This document shows, piece by piece, positions 1-8,519 of a DNA stretch of 44,165 bases. The number at the start of each line of letters is the position of its first letter. Positions within the stretch are counted from its first letter, which is position 1. Both the position numbers and the translations under genes were made by a program. The notes under the pieces are model-generated. The model did not search any database, was not told the DNA's origin, and saw only the letters and a program-made list of their open reading frames with translations. Source of the DNA: a virus. Lineage: Duplodnaviria > Caudoviricetes. The stretch lies in the IMG/VR virus record IMGVR_UViG_3300033513_000017, positions 1-44,165 of that record; one strand, written 5' to 3'.

Positions 1-1710
1 TTGGGAAATACGTTCAAATGTAAATTCAGCAATGAGTATGAATTACAAGACCTTATTGAAGATATTTATAGAGCTACTTTCATTGTCGCTCATAATGCTA
101 AGTTTGAGTTGGCTTGGCTTGTTAGAGCTGGCTTGGACTTATCAAGGGTAGTTGTATGGGATACAATGATTGGGGATTACGTAATAGGTGGTAATAGGTA
201 TGGTGGTAAGAAAGGTACACTTACTCTAGAAGCCTGTTTACGTAGACGCGGACTTAAAGGTAAAGAGTCTGTAGTTTCTACTTTGATTCACAAAGGGTGT
301 TGTCCTTCACGAATCCCTAAAAGTTGGTTAATGGAATATGGAAACCAAGACGTTGAACAAACCCTTGAATTGTTTAAACTGCAAAGAAATGAAATTATAC
401 ACGGTGGATTGTTACCCACCATGTTTACTAGATGTTTATTCACTCCCGTACTTGCAGATATCGAAAAATACGGTATACATTTGGATGGGGAGCGAGTCCT
501 ACAGGTGGTCAGGAAGGTTAAAACCCGACACTTGGAACTTACCAAGGAATATAACGAGTTAATTGGTAATGTTAATCCTCGTTCTCCTAAGCAACTAAGA
601 GAGGCTATTTACGGCACACTTGGATTTAAGATTCCGAAGGACTACAGGGGGAATGAAATTCTTGGTCCTTCTGGCCTTCCGTCTACTAATGCTAAAGTAC
701 TTGAGAAACTTAAGGCGAAGAATCAAAAACAGAAACGATTCCTTGAACTACAGAAAGAGTTAGCTAAACTAAATGCAGCACTAAGTAAAACACTGGATAA
801 GTTCTATGATTGCATTAATGAAACGGATACGCATATCCTTACTGCTTCACTTAATCAGACTGTTACCCAAACACACAGGTTGTCTAGTACAGGGAAAAAT
901 TATAAGGCCCAATTTCAAAATTTCCCGAGAGAATACAAACCTTTAATAAATACCCGTTTACCGGGCTGGAAAGTTGGTGAAGGCGACCAAGCACAGTTGG
1001 AGTTTAGAGTTGCGGCATTTCTTGGACAAGATAAGCAAGCAATAGAGGATATAAAGAATAAAGTAGATGTACACTCAGTTACGGCGTCAGTTGTATTTGC
1101 AGAAGATTGGAATAAAATCCAAGATAAAAAATCCGCTAAAGGTAAGGAATTACGCGCAGAAGCCAAAAGCAGAACATTTAAACCACTTTATGGTGGTACA
1201 TCTGGAACGGATTCGGAGAGAGCATACTATGCGTACTTTAGAGAACATTATCGAGAGATTACGGATACGCAACAGGCTTGGATTGATGAGGTCTTACGAG
1301 ATAAGACTCTCAAGACAATTACCGGGCTTCGATTCTTCTGGCCAACTACGAAACTTACTTCCTCTGGCTTTGTTGTTAACTCTCAACAAATCTGTAATTA
1401 TCCGGTTCAAAGCTTTGCAACAGCGGATATTGTCCCAATTGGTGTTGTATATCAATGGCACATAATGAGGGCTTGTGGATTAAAGAGTTTTATGGTAAAT
1501 ACAGTCCACGATTCTACGGTCTCAGAAGTAGCCCCCGGTGAGGAAGAAATATTTACAGAAATTGTTAATCTATCAATGGTAGATAAAACAGTAGAGTATC
1601 TAAAGAAGGTGTACAAAATTGACTTTAATGTGCCCCTTGAGGCTGAGGTAGTAATTAAACCTAATTGGAGTGATAGTGAAGAGTGGAAAGAAAAGTGGTT
1701 GAACGATTAG
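1..1710 (+). CDS. polA: Family A DNA polymerase (5'-truncated by the window edge)
   Basis: Exo II AHNAKFE; TQTHRLSS; motif A DQAQLEFR; motif B RAEAKSRTFKPLYG (Phe at the position equivalent to E. coli 762); NYPVQS; motif C VHDS. Confidence 0.97.
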   Translation: MGNTFKCKFSNEYELQDLIEDIYRATFIVAHNAKFELAWLVRAGLDLSRVVVWDTMIGDYVIGGNRYGGKKGTLTLEACLRRRGLKGKESVVSTLIHKGCCPSRIPKSWLMEYGNQDVEQTLELFKLQRNEIIHGGLLPTMFTRCLFTPVLADIEKYGIHLDGERVLQVVRKVKTRHLELTKEYNELIGNVNPRSPKQLREAIYGTLGFKIPKDYRGNEILGPSGLPSTNAKVLEKLKAKNQKQKRFLELQKELAKLNAALSKTLDKFYDCINETDTHILTASLNQTVTQTHRLSSTGKNYKAQFQNFPREYKPLINTRLPGWKVGEGDQAQLEFRVAAFLGQDKQAIEDIKNKVDVHSVTASVVFAEDWNKIQDKKSAKGKELRAEAKSRTFKPLYGGTSGTDSERAYYAYFREHYREITDTQQAWIDEVLRDKTLKTITGLRFFWPTTKLTSSGFVVNSQQICNYPVQSFATADIVPIGVVYQWHIMRACGLKSFMVNTVHDSTVSEVAPGEEEIFTEIVNLSMVDKTVEYLKKVYKIDFNVPLEAEVVIKPNWSDSEEWKEKWLND

Positions 1711-2068
1711 AAAATCTGTATTGGGATTTAATAGGTTTTACGTGGAAGGCAAGTGCTGTCATTGATGCAATGTGACTTGGGTATTATCCCGGCACATTCA
1801 CACCAGAACGATATATGGAGAAACGAGAAGAATATTTTAGCCGAAAAGAAAACCAAGAAGAAGTAGAAGCAAATTCAGCGGCATTAGTTGCTCAATATGA
1901 TGCACGCCCGAATGGCATTAGGAAAGATACTTATGCACTTGGAAATGGCCAGAATCTTTGCGGGATGGTCCTTATCAACCTCCGCTTGCTTGGTCTAATG
2001 GTACTCTTTTAAATCATCCATTATCTTGTAATTGTGAACTTTGTCAACATAAACAGAGGAATTATTAA
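1695..2068 (+). pseudogene. Interrupted hypothetical ORF (contains ORF 1815-2012)
   Basis: GTG at 1695 is in frame with ORF 1815-2012 but has an internal TGA at 1773-1775. Another frame gives a plausible C-terminus (HPLSCNCELCQHKQRNY, stop at 2068) abutting the next gene. Confidence 0.3.
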
Positions 2069-2070
2069 TT

Positions 2071-2331
2071 ATGTTTAAGAAACTTTTGGCCCAACTTGGG
2101 CTTTATACTGTTGCTGACCGCTTTGCAGCGTTTAAACGTGAATACGAAGAGAAGGTTCAAGAACTTCATGCTATTATTGAACACGCAGAAGAAGAGAAGC
2201 GTCGGATTCAGTTCCGCATTGATAATTTGAATGTAGAAGTAACTCTTGAAAAGTTGGCACATGATGCTGTTGATTCTATCAAGATGGAAGCGGAGCGACT
2301 CCGCACCAAGTTCCTTTCGTTTTTTAACTGA
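2071..2331 (+). CDS. Hypothetical coiled-coil protein
   Basis: GAGGA RBS; charged, helical 86 aa protein; fits the operon. Confidence 0.75.
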   Translation: MFKKLLAQLGLYTVADRFAAFKREYEEKVQELHAIIEHAEEEKRRIQFRIDNLNVEVTLEKLAHDAVDSIKMEAERLRTKFLSFFN

Positions 2332-2342
2332 GGCAATAAAGC

Positions 2343-2978
2343 ATGGCGTTTAAGAGTAAACCCAAGGGTGAACCCTTTGAAGTAGAAGGTTTTGTAAAGA
2401 ATACGGGTAGTAAGGATTTTAAGGGTACTACTTACTACAATCTGTTTCTTGAAGATGATAAAGAATTGTACCGTTGTGGTACTAATGAGCCTGATGTACA
2501 GAAGGGTGATTATGTTAAGCTTACTGGTATCAAAGATGATTATGGGTATCAAGTTAAGGATTTGGAAGAGGCTGAGGCACCAGCAAAAGCCCCTCGGAAA
2601 GCGAAAGCTCCTGCAAAGGATTCGCCGCGAACGGAAACTAGTAAAACAGAGAAAATGAGTAAGGATGATTATTGGGTTCAGAAGGCAGCACAAGATGCTG
2701 AACGTCAAACTGTAATTTCATATCAAACAGCTACTAATACCTCTGTTGAAGTTGTGAATGCCGCCCTTGCTCAAGGTTTCTTACCGATGGCTGGTAAGTC
2801 CAAGGAAGATAAGTTTGAAGTGTATGTAGGGATGGTTGAGAAGGTTGCAGCACACTTCTTTAATAAGTACCGTATGGCGGCGTCTGAAAGCTTTCTTGCT
2901 GAAATGAATAAGCTTCTGGAAGAAACTGAGGATACGCCAGAAGGTGAACCCAAAGAGGACCAGAGTGGCACTGACTAA
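2343..2978 (+). CDS. Putative ssDNA-binding protein (OB-like N-terminus, acidic tail)
   Basis: Beta-rich N-terminal domain, PAKAP linker, acidic C-terminus; lies downstream of the polymerase. Function inferred. Confidence 0.55.
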   Translation: MAFKSKPKGEPFEVEGFVKNTGSKDFKGTTYYNLFLEDDKELYRCGTNEPDVQKGDYVKLTGIKDDYGYQVKDLEEAEAPAKAPRKAKAPAKDSPRTETSKTEKMSKDDYWVQKAAQDAERQTVISYQTATNTSVEVVNAALAQGFLPMAGKSKEDKFEVYVGMVEKVAAHFFNKYRMAASESFLAEMNKLLEETEDTPEGEPKEDQSGTD

Positions 2979-3279
2979 GCATATTGCTTATATCGGACAG
3001 CACTATGAGATTGATATTGGAGATAGTGTGCTTGAACCTAAGTGTGGATACCCTGTTTATCGAATCTGGAACAGGGACCATACAATGGTAGAACTTGAGC
3101 ATACTATTCTGCCACAGGCTTATGTGTATGCCTATCGCTTTGAGGAGAATTTACAGAAGATTCTTAATCCTTCTCACGCACAAGCGATAACGGAGTTGTT
3201 TGACCAACTTGCTGAGTTAGTTGGTAATGCTGAGATTCCTTTATCTAAGGATAATAAAAATAAGGGGCATTTGAATTAA
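2965..3279 (+). CDS. Hypothetical protein
   Basis: ORF 2944-3279; GTG at 2965 with an upstream GAGGA is the more likely start. Confidence 0.7.
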   Translation: MALTKHIAYIGQHYEIDIGDSVLEPKCGYPVYRIWNRDHTMVELEHTILPQAYVYAYRFEENLQKILNPSHAQAITELFDQLAELVGNAEIPLSKDNKNKGHLN

Positions 3280-3645
3280 ATGGGTTCTGTGTTTGGAGTT
3301 GATTTAGTTCGAGCGGCAGTAGGAGAACGTATTAGGCAAGTTCAAGTGGAAGGTTTCAATGAATTCCATGATGCGGGATATACTCATGAAGAACTCTTAA
3401 GGGCAGCAGCTTGTTATCTGCTTGGACAACATTTGTTTACAGCAGAAGCTAAAAATGCTGATGAAAATAACTTCGAGCCTATCTGGCCTTGGAGTAATGC
3501 AAACAAGTGGCCCATCAGTCGAATGCAAAAGAAGGATAAGCTGACTCGCATGAAGATGGCCATTGCTCTTATAATGGCAGAAGCAGATAGACTGCAGTTA
3601 AGTGGTGAGTTAGGAAGAAATGAAAATAAGGTGGCCGGAGTTTAA
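3280..3645 (+). CDS. Conserved phage protein (ER-RQ-EG...HD...AACY...WPW...ALI-AE family)
   Basis: Motif pattern recognised from a widespread phage hypothetical family; function unknown. Confidence 0.7.
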   Translation: MGSVFGVDLVRAAVGERIRQVQVEGFNEFHDAGYTHEELLRAAACYLLGQHLFTAEAKNADENNFEPIWPWSNANKWPISRMQKKDKLTRMKMAIALIMAEADRLQLSGELGRNENKVAGV

Positions 3646-3853
3646 GTTTCCTCCGATTAATTTGTGGAACGTATGGCCATATATGGGTAAAAGTAAGAAC
3701 GATAAAAACCGTAAACTCACAGAAGATAAAAGAGTTAAGGATAAACCAGTTAGGGTAGTAATTTGTTATTACTGTGGTGGTTATCAAAACCAAGATTGTC
3801 CTTATTGTTCCGGGACTGGTTGGATTGAAAAAGAAGAGAAATTAAATTCATAA
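3620..3853 (+). CDS. Small zinc-finger protein
   Basis: CYYCGG...CPYCSGTG, DnaJ-like CxxCxGxG motifs. Confidence 0.6.
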   Translation: MKIRWPEFKFPPINLWNVWPYMGKSKNDKNRKLTEDKRVKDKPVRVVICYYCGGYQNQDCPYCSGTGWIEKEEKLNS

Positions 3854-3900
3854 TGAGTGATGCAGCAAGTGAAGCTTGGGAAGAATATAAGAGGATATTT

Positions 3901-4128
3901 ATGCCTGAAACGAAGAAGTCTGTTAAGAAGGTCGGTGCAAAACGAGTTAAGGCTGTTAAGAAGGTAGCGAAGAAGCTTAAGAAATCTGTAGTTAAGCGTG
4001 GTCGGCCTGTAGGTTCCAAGGACACTAAGCCGCGTCGTCTGCGCGGTGAGAATGATAAGGAATATGCAAAGCGTATGGCTGTGTTAAAGGGTAAGGCTAC
4101 CAAGGCAGCTAAGGCTAAGGCAAAGTGA
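3901..4128 (+). CDS. Basic histone H1-like protein with an AT-hook
   Basis: Lys/Ala/Val-rich with KRGRPVGSK; GAGGA RBS before ATG 3901 (the ORF track starts it at 3853). Confidence 0.7.
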   Translation: MPETKKSVKKVGAKRVKAVKKVAKKLKKSVVKRGRPVGSKDTKPRRLRGENDKEYAKRMAVLKGKATKAAKAKAK

Positions 4129-4168
4129 TTTAAAAGTGGAGCAAGGACGCTCCCTTCACCTTTAAAAA

Positions 4169-5059
4169 ATGAAAACGGTAACCCAACTAATTTTACAGGA
4201 CGCAGATGTTCTAATTTATAGGATAGGCCATGCAGGACAAGAAAGACAATACAATGCAATTGTGGACGGAGAATGCATTAACACGTTTCGTCTTAGGAGT
4301 GAAGCTAAGAGAGCTATTGTTGGCTGTAGCAATGCAGAAATACTGCCAATCGTGGTTCCAAAGGAACGTCACGAAGTAATTCACTGGATGCGTTTGCAGT
4401 TGTTCAAGATTCTTGAGGACTTGCAGACTAAGGATATGCGATTATTCCTTACCGGGGATAATAACTTTCGATTTAAGTTAGCAACAATTCAGCCATACAA
4501 GGGTCACAGAGATAAAGAAGATAGACCATACTGGTACGATGAATTAAGGAAGTATTTAGTTGATGAGTGGGATGCTGAAATAGTTGATGGAATGGAAGCA
4601 GATGACAAGCTTGGTATTGTTCAGTATGAGGATTATAACCAAGCTTGCTGCGTGGCCGATTACAGATTCGGCCCCGATGCTCATACTAATACTATTATCT
4701 CCACCATCGACAAAGATTTAAACATGATTCCGGGATGGCACTACAACTTTGTTAAAGAAGAGAGATATTGGGTAGATGAACATGAAGCTTTACTTAACTT
4801 TTATTCTCAGCTTCTTACTGGTGACGTATCTGACAACATATTGGGCATCCCGAAAGTCGGACCAAAAACAGCGGAGAAATTACTTGTTTATTGTGAAACT
4901 GAGAAGGAAATGTATAATGTTGTGCGTCAATGTTATCAACAAAACGTGGACAAGTTTACTCCGCTTACAAAACTATCTATTGACGAAATTATAAGGGAGA
5001 ATGGTAAACTATTGTGGATTCGCAGATACCCAAACGAAGAGTGGGAGCCGCCAGTATGA
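4169..5059 (+). CDS. 5'-3' exonuclease (T7 gp6/FEN-like)
   Basis: DAD, YKGHR, EADD, DKDL and GDVSDNILGIPKVGPKTA (H3TH) motifs. Confidence 0.93.
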   Translation: MKTVTQLILQDADVLIYRIGHAGQERQYNAIVDGECINTFRLRSEAKRAIVGCSNAEILPIVVPKERHEVIHWMRLQLFKILEDLQTKDMRLFLTGDNNFRFKLATIQPYKGHRDKEDRPYWYDELRKYLVDEWDAEIVDGMEADDKLGIVQYEDYNQACCVADYRFGPDAHTNTIISTIDKDLNMIPGWHYNFVKEERYWVDEHEALLNFYSQLLTGDVSDNILGIPKVGPKTAEKLLVYCETEKEMYNVVRQCYQQNVDKFTPLTKLSIDEIIRENGKLLWIRRYPNEEWEPPV

Positions 5060-5232
5060 TTCACGAATCCATTACTAAATTAATCAAAGAAGAAGAACTT
5101 ATAGTATTTGCCCTTGAGCGTGGGTTATGCCCTTATTGTGGACAAACATTAAACACGAAACATAAATTCTATGCTTTTTTGATTTGTCACAAATGTGAAA
5201 GACAATGGATGCGCACTTATGTATCGGTTTGA
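5056..5232 (+). CDS. Small zinc-ribbon protein
   Basis: CPYC...CHKC; ATGA overlap with the exonuclease stop. Confidence 0.6.
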   Translation: MIHESITKLIKEEELIVFALERGLCPYCGQTLNTKHKFYAFLICHKCERQWMRTYVSV

Positions 5233-5243
5233 AGAAGTTCAAT

Positions 5244-5651
5244 ATGGCACGTAGACAAAAAACACACGCTTGGAAGGGGGAAATATATAAATCTAAGTTT
5301 GAACTTGAAACTGCTAAAAACTTAACCGACCGTAAGGTAAGATTTAGATATGAAAAGACCAAGCTTAGGTACACAATTCCGGCCAAGGAATGCACATATA
5401 CTCCTGACTTTGAATTTAAGAGTAAAAGCGGCAAACGAATCATCATTGAAACCAAAGGTCACTTTACTAAAGAGAATAGAGAGAAAGCCCTTTACGTTAG
5501 AGACACCAATCCTGACCTAGATATTAGATTTGTATTTATGAGTAATAATCCTATCTACCGTAAGAGTCCGACTAGATACGGAGATTGGTGTATTAAACAC
5601 GGTTTTAAATGGGCTTTAAAGACAATCCCTAAAGAATGGGTAGATGAATGA
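5244..5651 (+). CDS. Endonuclease I (T7 gp3-like Holliday junction resolvase)
   Basis: YKSKFE, YTPDF, IETKG, DIRFVF, YGDWC-KHGF and IPKEW motifs. Confidence 0.93.
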   Translation: MARRQKTHAWKGEIYKSKFELETAKNLTDRKVRFRYEKTKLRYTIPAKECTYTPDFEFKSKSGKRIIIETKGHFTKENREKALYVRDTNPDLDIRFVFMSNNPIYRKSPTRYGDWCIKHGFKWALKTIPKEWVDE

Positions 5652-5830
5652 CACTGTTAAACATATTTGATTTAATTTTGGTAGGGGTTCCTGTAATCGG
5701 TATTATTGGTATGGTTCTCTGCATTTTATTGGTTCTCTACATTTTATTTGTGGGGCGTGATGCCTCTTTATGGTTTGCCATTTTAACGGTTGCCACTATG
5801 TTTTTAGGAGGATATTTACTTGGTAAATGA
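5648..5830 (+). CDS. Small membrane protein (2 predicted TM segments)
   Basis: Two hydrophobic stretches; ATGA coupling to the upstream gene. Confidence 0.6.
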   Translation: MTLLNIFDLILVGVPVIGIIGMVLCILLVLYILFVGRDASLWFAILTVATMFLGGYLLGK

Positions 5831-6287
5831 GATTGAGATTAAGTTACTGAGAGAGGGGGCTGTTATTCCTGAGTATGCTACAGAAGGTAGTGCAGCAGTT
5901 GACTTACGAGTATTTAGTGAGTATAGTAGCTCTATTGGATTCCAACTAGAACCGGGACAGTGTACTAAACTTATGTCTACTGGTATTGCAATTCATATTG
6001 GTAATCCAAATATTGCAGCTATTATTATTCCGAGAAGTGGCCTAGGTTCCAAGTTTGGAATTGTCTTAGGTAATGGTACTGGTCTAATTGATTCTGATTA
6101 CCAAGGTGAAATTAAGATTGCTGTTTACAACAGGAGTCAAAAGGTTCAGTTTGTTAAAGCAGGGGATAGAGTTGCACAGATGTTCTTTGTACCCATTGTA
6201 CGGCCTAGTAGGTTTAAAGTAGTAGATGAATTCTCAAGTGAATCTGAACGTGGAGAAGGTGGCTTCGGCCACACTGGAACTGCATGA
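5820..6287 (+). CDS. dut: Trimeric dUTPase
   Basis: [25 protein letters not shown] and [10 protein letters not shown] motifs. Confidence 0.97.
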   Translation: MVNEIEIKLLREGAVIPEYATEGSAAVDLRVFSEYSSSIGFQLEPGQCTKLMSTGIAIHIGNPNIAAIIIPRSGLGSKFGIVLGNGTGLIDSDYQGEIKIAVYNRSQKVQFVKAGDRVAQMFFVPIVRPSRFKVVDEFSSESERGEGGFGHTGTA

Positions 6288-6454
6288 AAACTTTTACGTT
6301 TACAGTCGTAATCAAAGAAGGGTGTGATGAGTTTTGGGAGGCTTTAGAAAAACATCCTGATAAAGGAATGGAAGAACTTACAGCATGTGTAAAAGAGTTT
6401 TTTGAAGATTGGGATGCTGATGTGACTTTAACACGGTTTAACTATGCACTATAA
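6284..6454 (+). CDS. Hypothetical protein, 56 aa (not in the ORF track)
   Basis: [19 protein letters not shown]...RFNYAL; ATGA overlap with dut; fills the gap to thyX. Confidence 0.65.
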   Translation: MKTFTFTVVIKEGCDEFWEALEKHPDKGMEELTACVKEFFEDWDADVTLTRFNYAL

Positions 6455-7382
6455 ATCGGAAGTATATGGGCCGGAAGGGATGTATGCAAAGGTGGTACTT
6501 GACCATATTTCCCCGGATGGTATTAGGTTAGTAACACTAGAAACCTGTGCCCCTAAGTTCATTGATGCTGAGTTTGAGAAGCATCGAATGCTTAGTAGTA
6601 ATTCTAGCTCCACACGGGCTATTCCTATTAAGACGGCTCTCTTAAAGGCAAATTATTTACCCTCTGACCTTCGCAAGAATGAGCGAGGGATGCAGGGTTA
6701 CGAGAAGTTAAGTGAGAAAGAGAAACTTGATTTCAATTCTCAGTTGTGGGATGTGAAGGATGTAATTGAAGCCTTTGTAGAACGATGGATGGATAAGGTA
6801 CACAAGCAGCACTTGGGCCGTTACTTTGAAGCTTTTACTTTACAGAAGAAGGTTGTAACTGCTACTGAGTGGGATAATTTCTTTAGGTTGCGTATTGCTT
6901 CTGATACTCAGCCTGAAATGTTAGAACTCGCTCGGTTGATGAAACAAGCAATGGAAATGTCTGTAAATGAAGAATTGCTTCCCGGTAGTTGGCATCTACC
7001 TTACATCACAGATGAAGATTATGGATTGATTGAAACTTTAACTACAGAAATTCCAGAAAATGTAGTCAGAAAGATAAGTGCGGCCCGCTGCGCGCGCGTA
7101 AGTTATATGAACCATGACCAAAGTAATCCTGATGTGGAGAAAGACCTTGGGTTTGCAGAGAAGCTTATGTTGTCTATGCATATGACTCCCTTTGAGCATC
7201 AAGCTACTCCTATGCCTTGGAGTCGTGAAAGTACATATATTGATGTGACGGCTGTTGATAATTTATTTGACCCGGGAGTATCACACTTAGATAAGAATGG
7301 TTATTACTGGTCTGGTAATTTCAAGGGATGGATTCAGAACCGTAAACTTGTAGAATTAGATAATGATAAGAGGTTGGGATAA
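6444..7382 (+). CDS. thyX: Flavin-dependent thymidylate synthase-like protein (phage ThyX)
   Basis: EFEKHRMLSSNSSSTRAIP (RHRxxSxxxxSxR-like); NFFRLR...QPEM; SAARCARVSY; HMTPFEHQA. Confidence 0.85.
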   Translation: MHYKSEVYGPEGMYAKVVLDHISPDGIRLVTLETCAPKFIDAEFEKHRMLSSNSSSTRAIPIKTALLKANYLPSDLRKNERGMQGYEKLSEKEKLDFNSQLWDVKDVIEAFVERWMDKVHKQHLGRYFEAFTLQKKVVTATEWDNFFRLRIASDTQPEMLELARLMKQAMEMSVNEELLPGSWHLPYITDEDYGLIETLTTEIPENVVRKISAARCARVSYMNHDQSNPDVEKDLGFAEKLMLSMHMTPFEHQATPMPWSRESTYIDVTAVDNLFDPGVSHLDKNGYYWSGNFKGWIQNRKLVELDNDKRLG

Positions 7383-7638
7383 AATACAGATGATGAGTAT
7401 TGATGAAGTTCACACCAAAATAACAGATTCCGCAGAGTGCATTACACTCAGTTACTATCATAATGGGCCACACAGTTTGCATGAGAATGTCAATATAAAC
7501 TTTGATGCAACAGATACTTGGTTGGAGCACTTAGAGAAGTACCTTGACTTTCTTACTCGATTAGGTTATCAGATTCCTAATCACGTAAGGGACCGCATTA
7601 TGAAGTCAGCGGAAATGACTCTTGATGATGTTAGCTGA
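7363..7638 (+). CDS. Hypothetical protein
   Basis: ORF in the operon; the true start may be 7390. Confidence 0.65.
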   Translation: MIRGWDKIQMMSIDEVHTKITDSAECITLSYYHNGPHSLHENVNINFDATDTWLEHLEKYLDFLTRLGYQIPNHVRDRIMKSAEMTLDDVS

Positions 7639-7640
7639 GT

Positions 7641-7850
7641 ATGAGTCTATTCTCAACTTGGTTTGATAATTTGATGTACCAATGGGGAATTAAGAAACGT
7701 CCACGTAAGCCAAAGGCATATACTATATGGGGGAAGGTATTAATTGTACTGAATCCTGTAGCAATTAAATTGATTCATGCACGACATTACTTAATTAATG
7801 TATTTGTAAAAACAAAAGTTACCTTTCATAACGATACCAAAAAGAACTAA
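7641..7850 (+). CDS. Hypothetical protein
   Basis: Tightly packed ORF. Confidence 0.55.
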   Translation: MSLFSTWFDNLMYQWGIKKRPRKPKAYTIWGKVLIVLNPVAIKLIHARHYLINVFVKTKVTFHNDTKKN

Positions 7851-7858
7851 TAAAAAAG

Positions 7859-8113
7859 ATGGGATACGTATTCTTAACTGAACAAGAAACTTCTGCTGTT
7901 GAAGAAGCCTTAACTTATGCAAGGGAAGAATTAAAAGCCGCTGAGGAACAGACTGATTTTGTCTTAACTTCCGGTGCCAATGAGTTAATTACTCAAGCAT
8001 TATTGATTATTCGTAAGGCAGCTAAACACGCACAAAAAGAACTCGATGATGAATTATCGAGGGCATATGCAGAAGAGGTTAGTGACGAATCTGAGTTTGA
8101 AGAAGTAGAATAA
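7859..8113 (+). CDS. Hypothetical acidic protein
   Basis: Tightly packed ORF with a Glu-rich tail. Confidence 0.7.
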   Translation: MGYVFLTEQETSAVEEALTYAREELKAAEEQTDFVLTSGANELITQALLIIRKAAKHAQKELDDELSRAYAEEVSDESEFEEVE

Positions 8114-8118
8114 GATAA

Positions 8119-8519
8119 GTGAAGATATGTAGAACTTGTTTAAAACGTAAACATGATTCTAGTTTTTCTAGAGCTAAAGGAAATACAAGTGGTATAAGTA
8201 ACCGTTGTAAAGCTTGTGATATACTGTATCAAAAAACATATAGACAAAATAATAAAAATAAAGTATATACAAAACATAAAAATAAAAGAACAAATAGAAA
8301 ACTAGAAGCAATAGCAATCCTTGGAGGAAGGTGCTCAATGTGTCATAAACAATTTCTGCACTATTGTTATGACTTTCATCATATTGACCCTTCCAAAAAG
8401 GAAGTCTCCATATCTTATGTAGTAAATTTAGATAGAAAAACGGTTTTTTAGCGGAAATACAAAAATGTATGTTATTGTGTGCCAATTGCCATAGAAAAAT
8501 ACATTATGAGGAAAAATAA
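8119..8519 (+). pseudogene. HNH homing endonuclease, frameshifted at the T6 run (8444-8449)
   Basis: Frame 0 reads CRTC...CKAC, CSMC, YDFHHIDP and stops at 8451. The -1 frame continues LAEIQKCMLLCANCHRKIH to TAA 8517-8519, overlapping the RNR ATG. Confidence 0.8.

Noticed and set aside
4129-4168. Imperfect hairpin between the AT-hook gene and the exonuclease
   Set aside because: Short and bulged; cannot distinguish a terminator from a processing site or chance.
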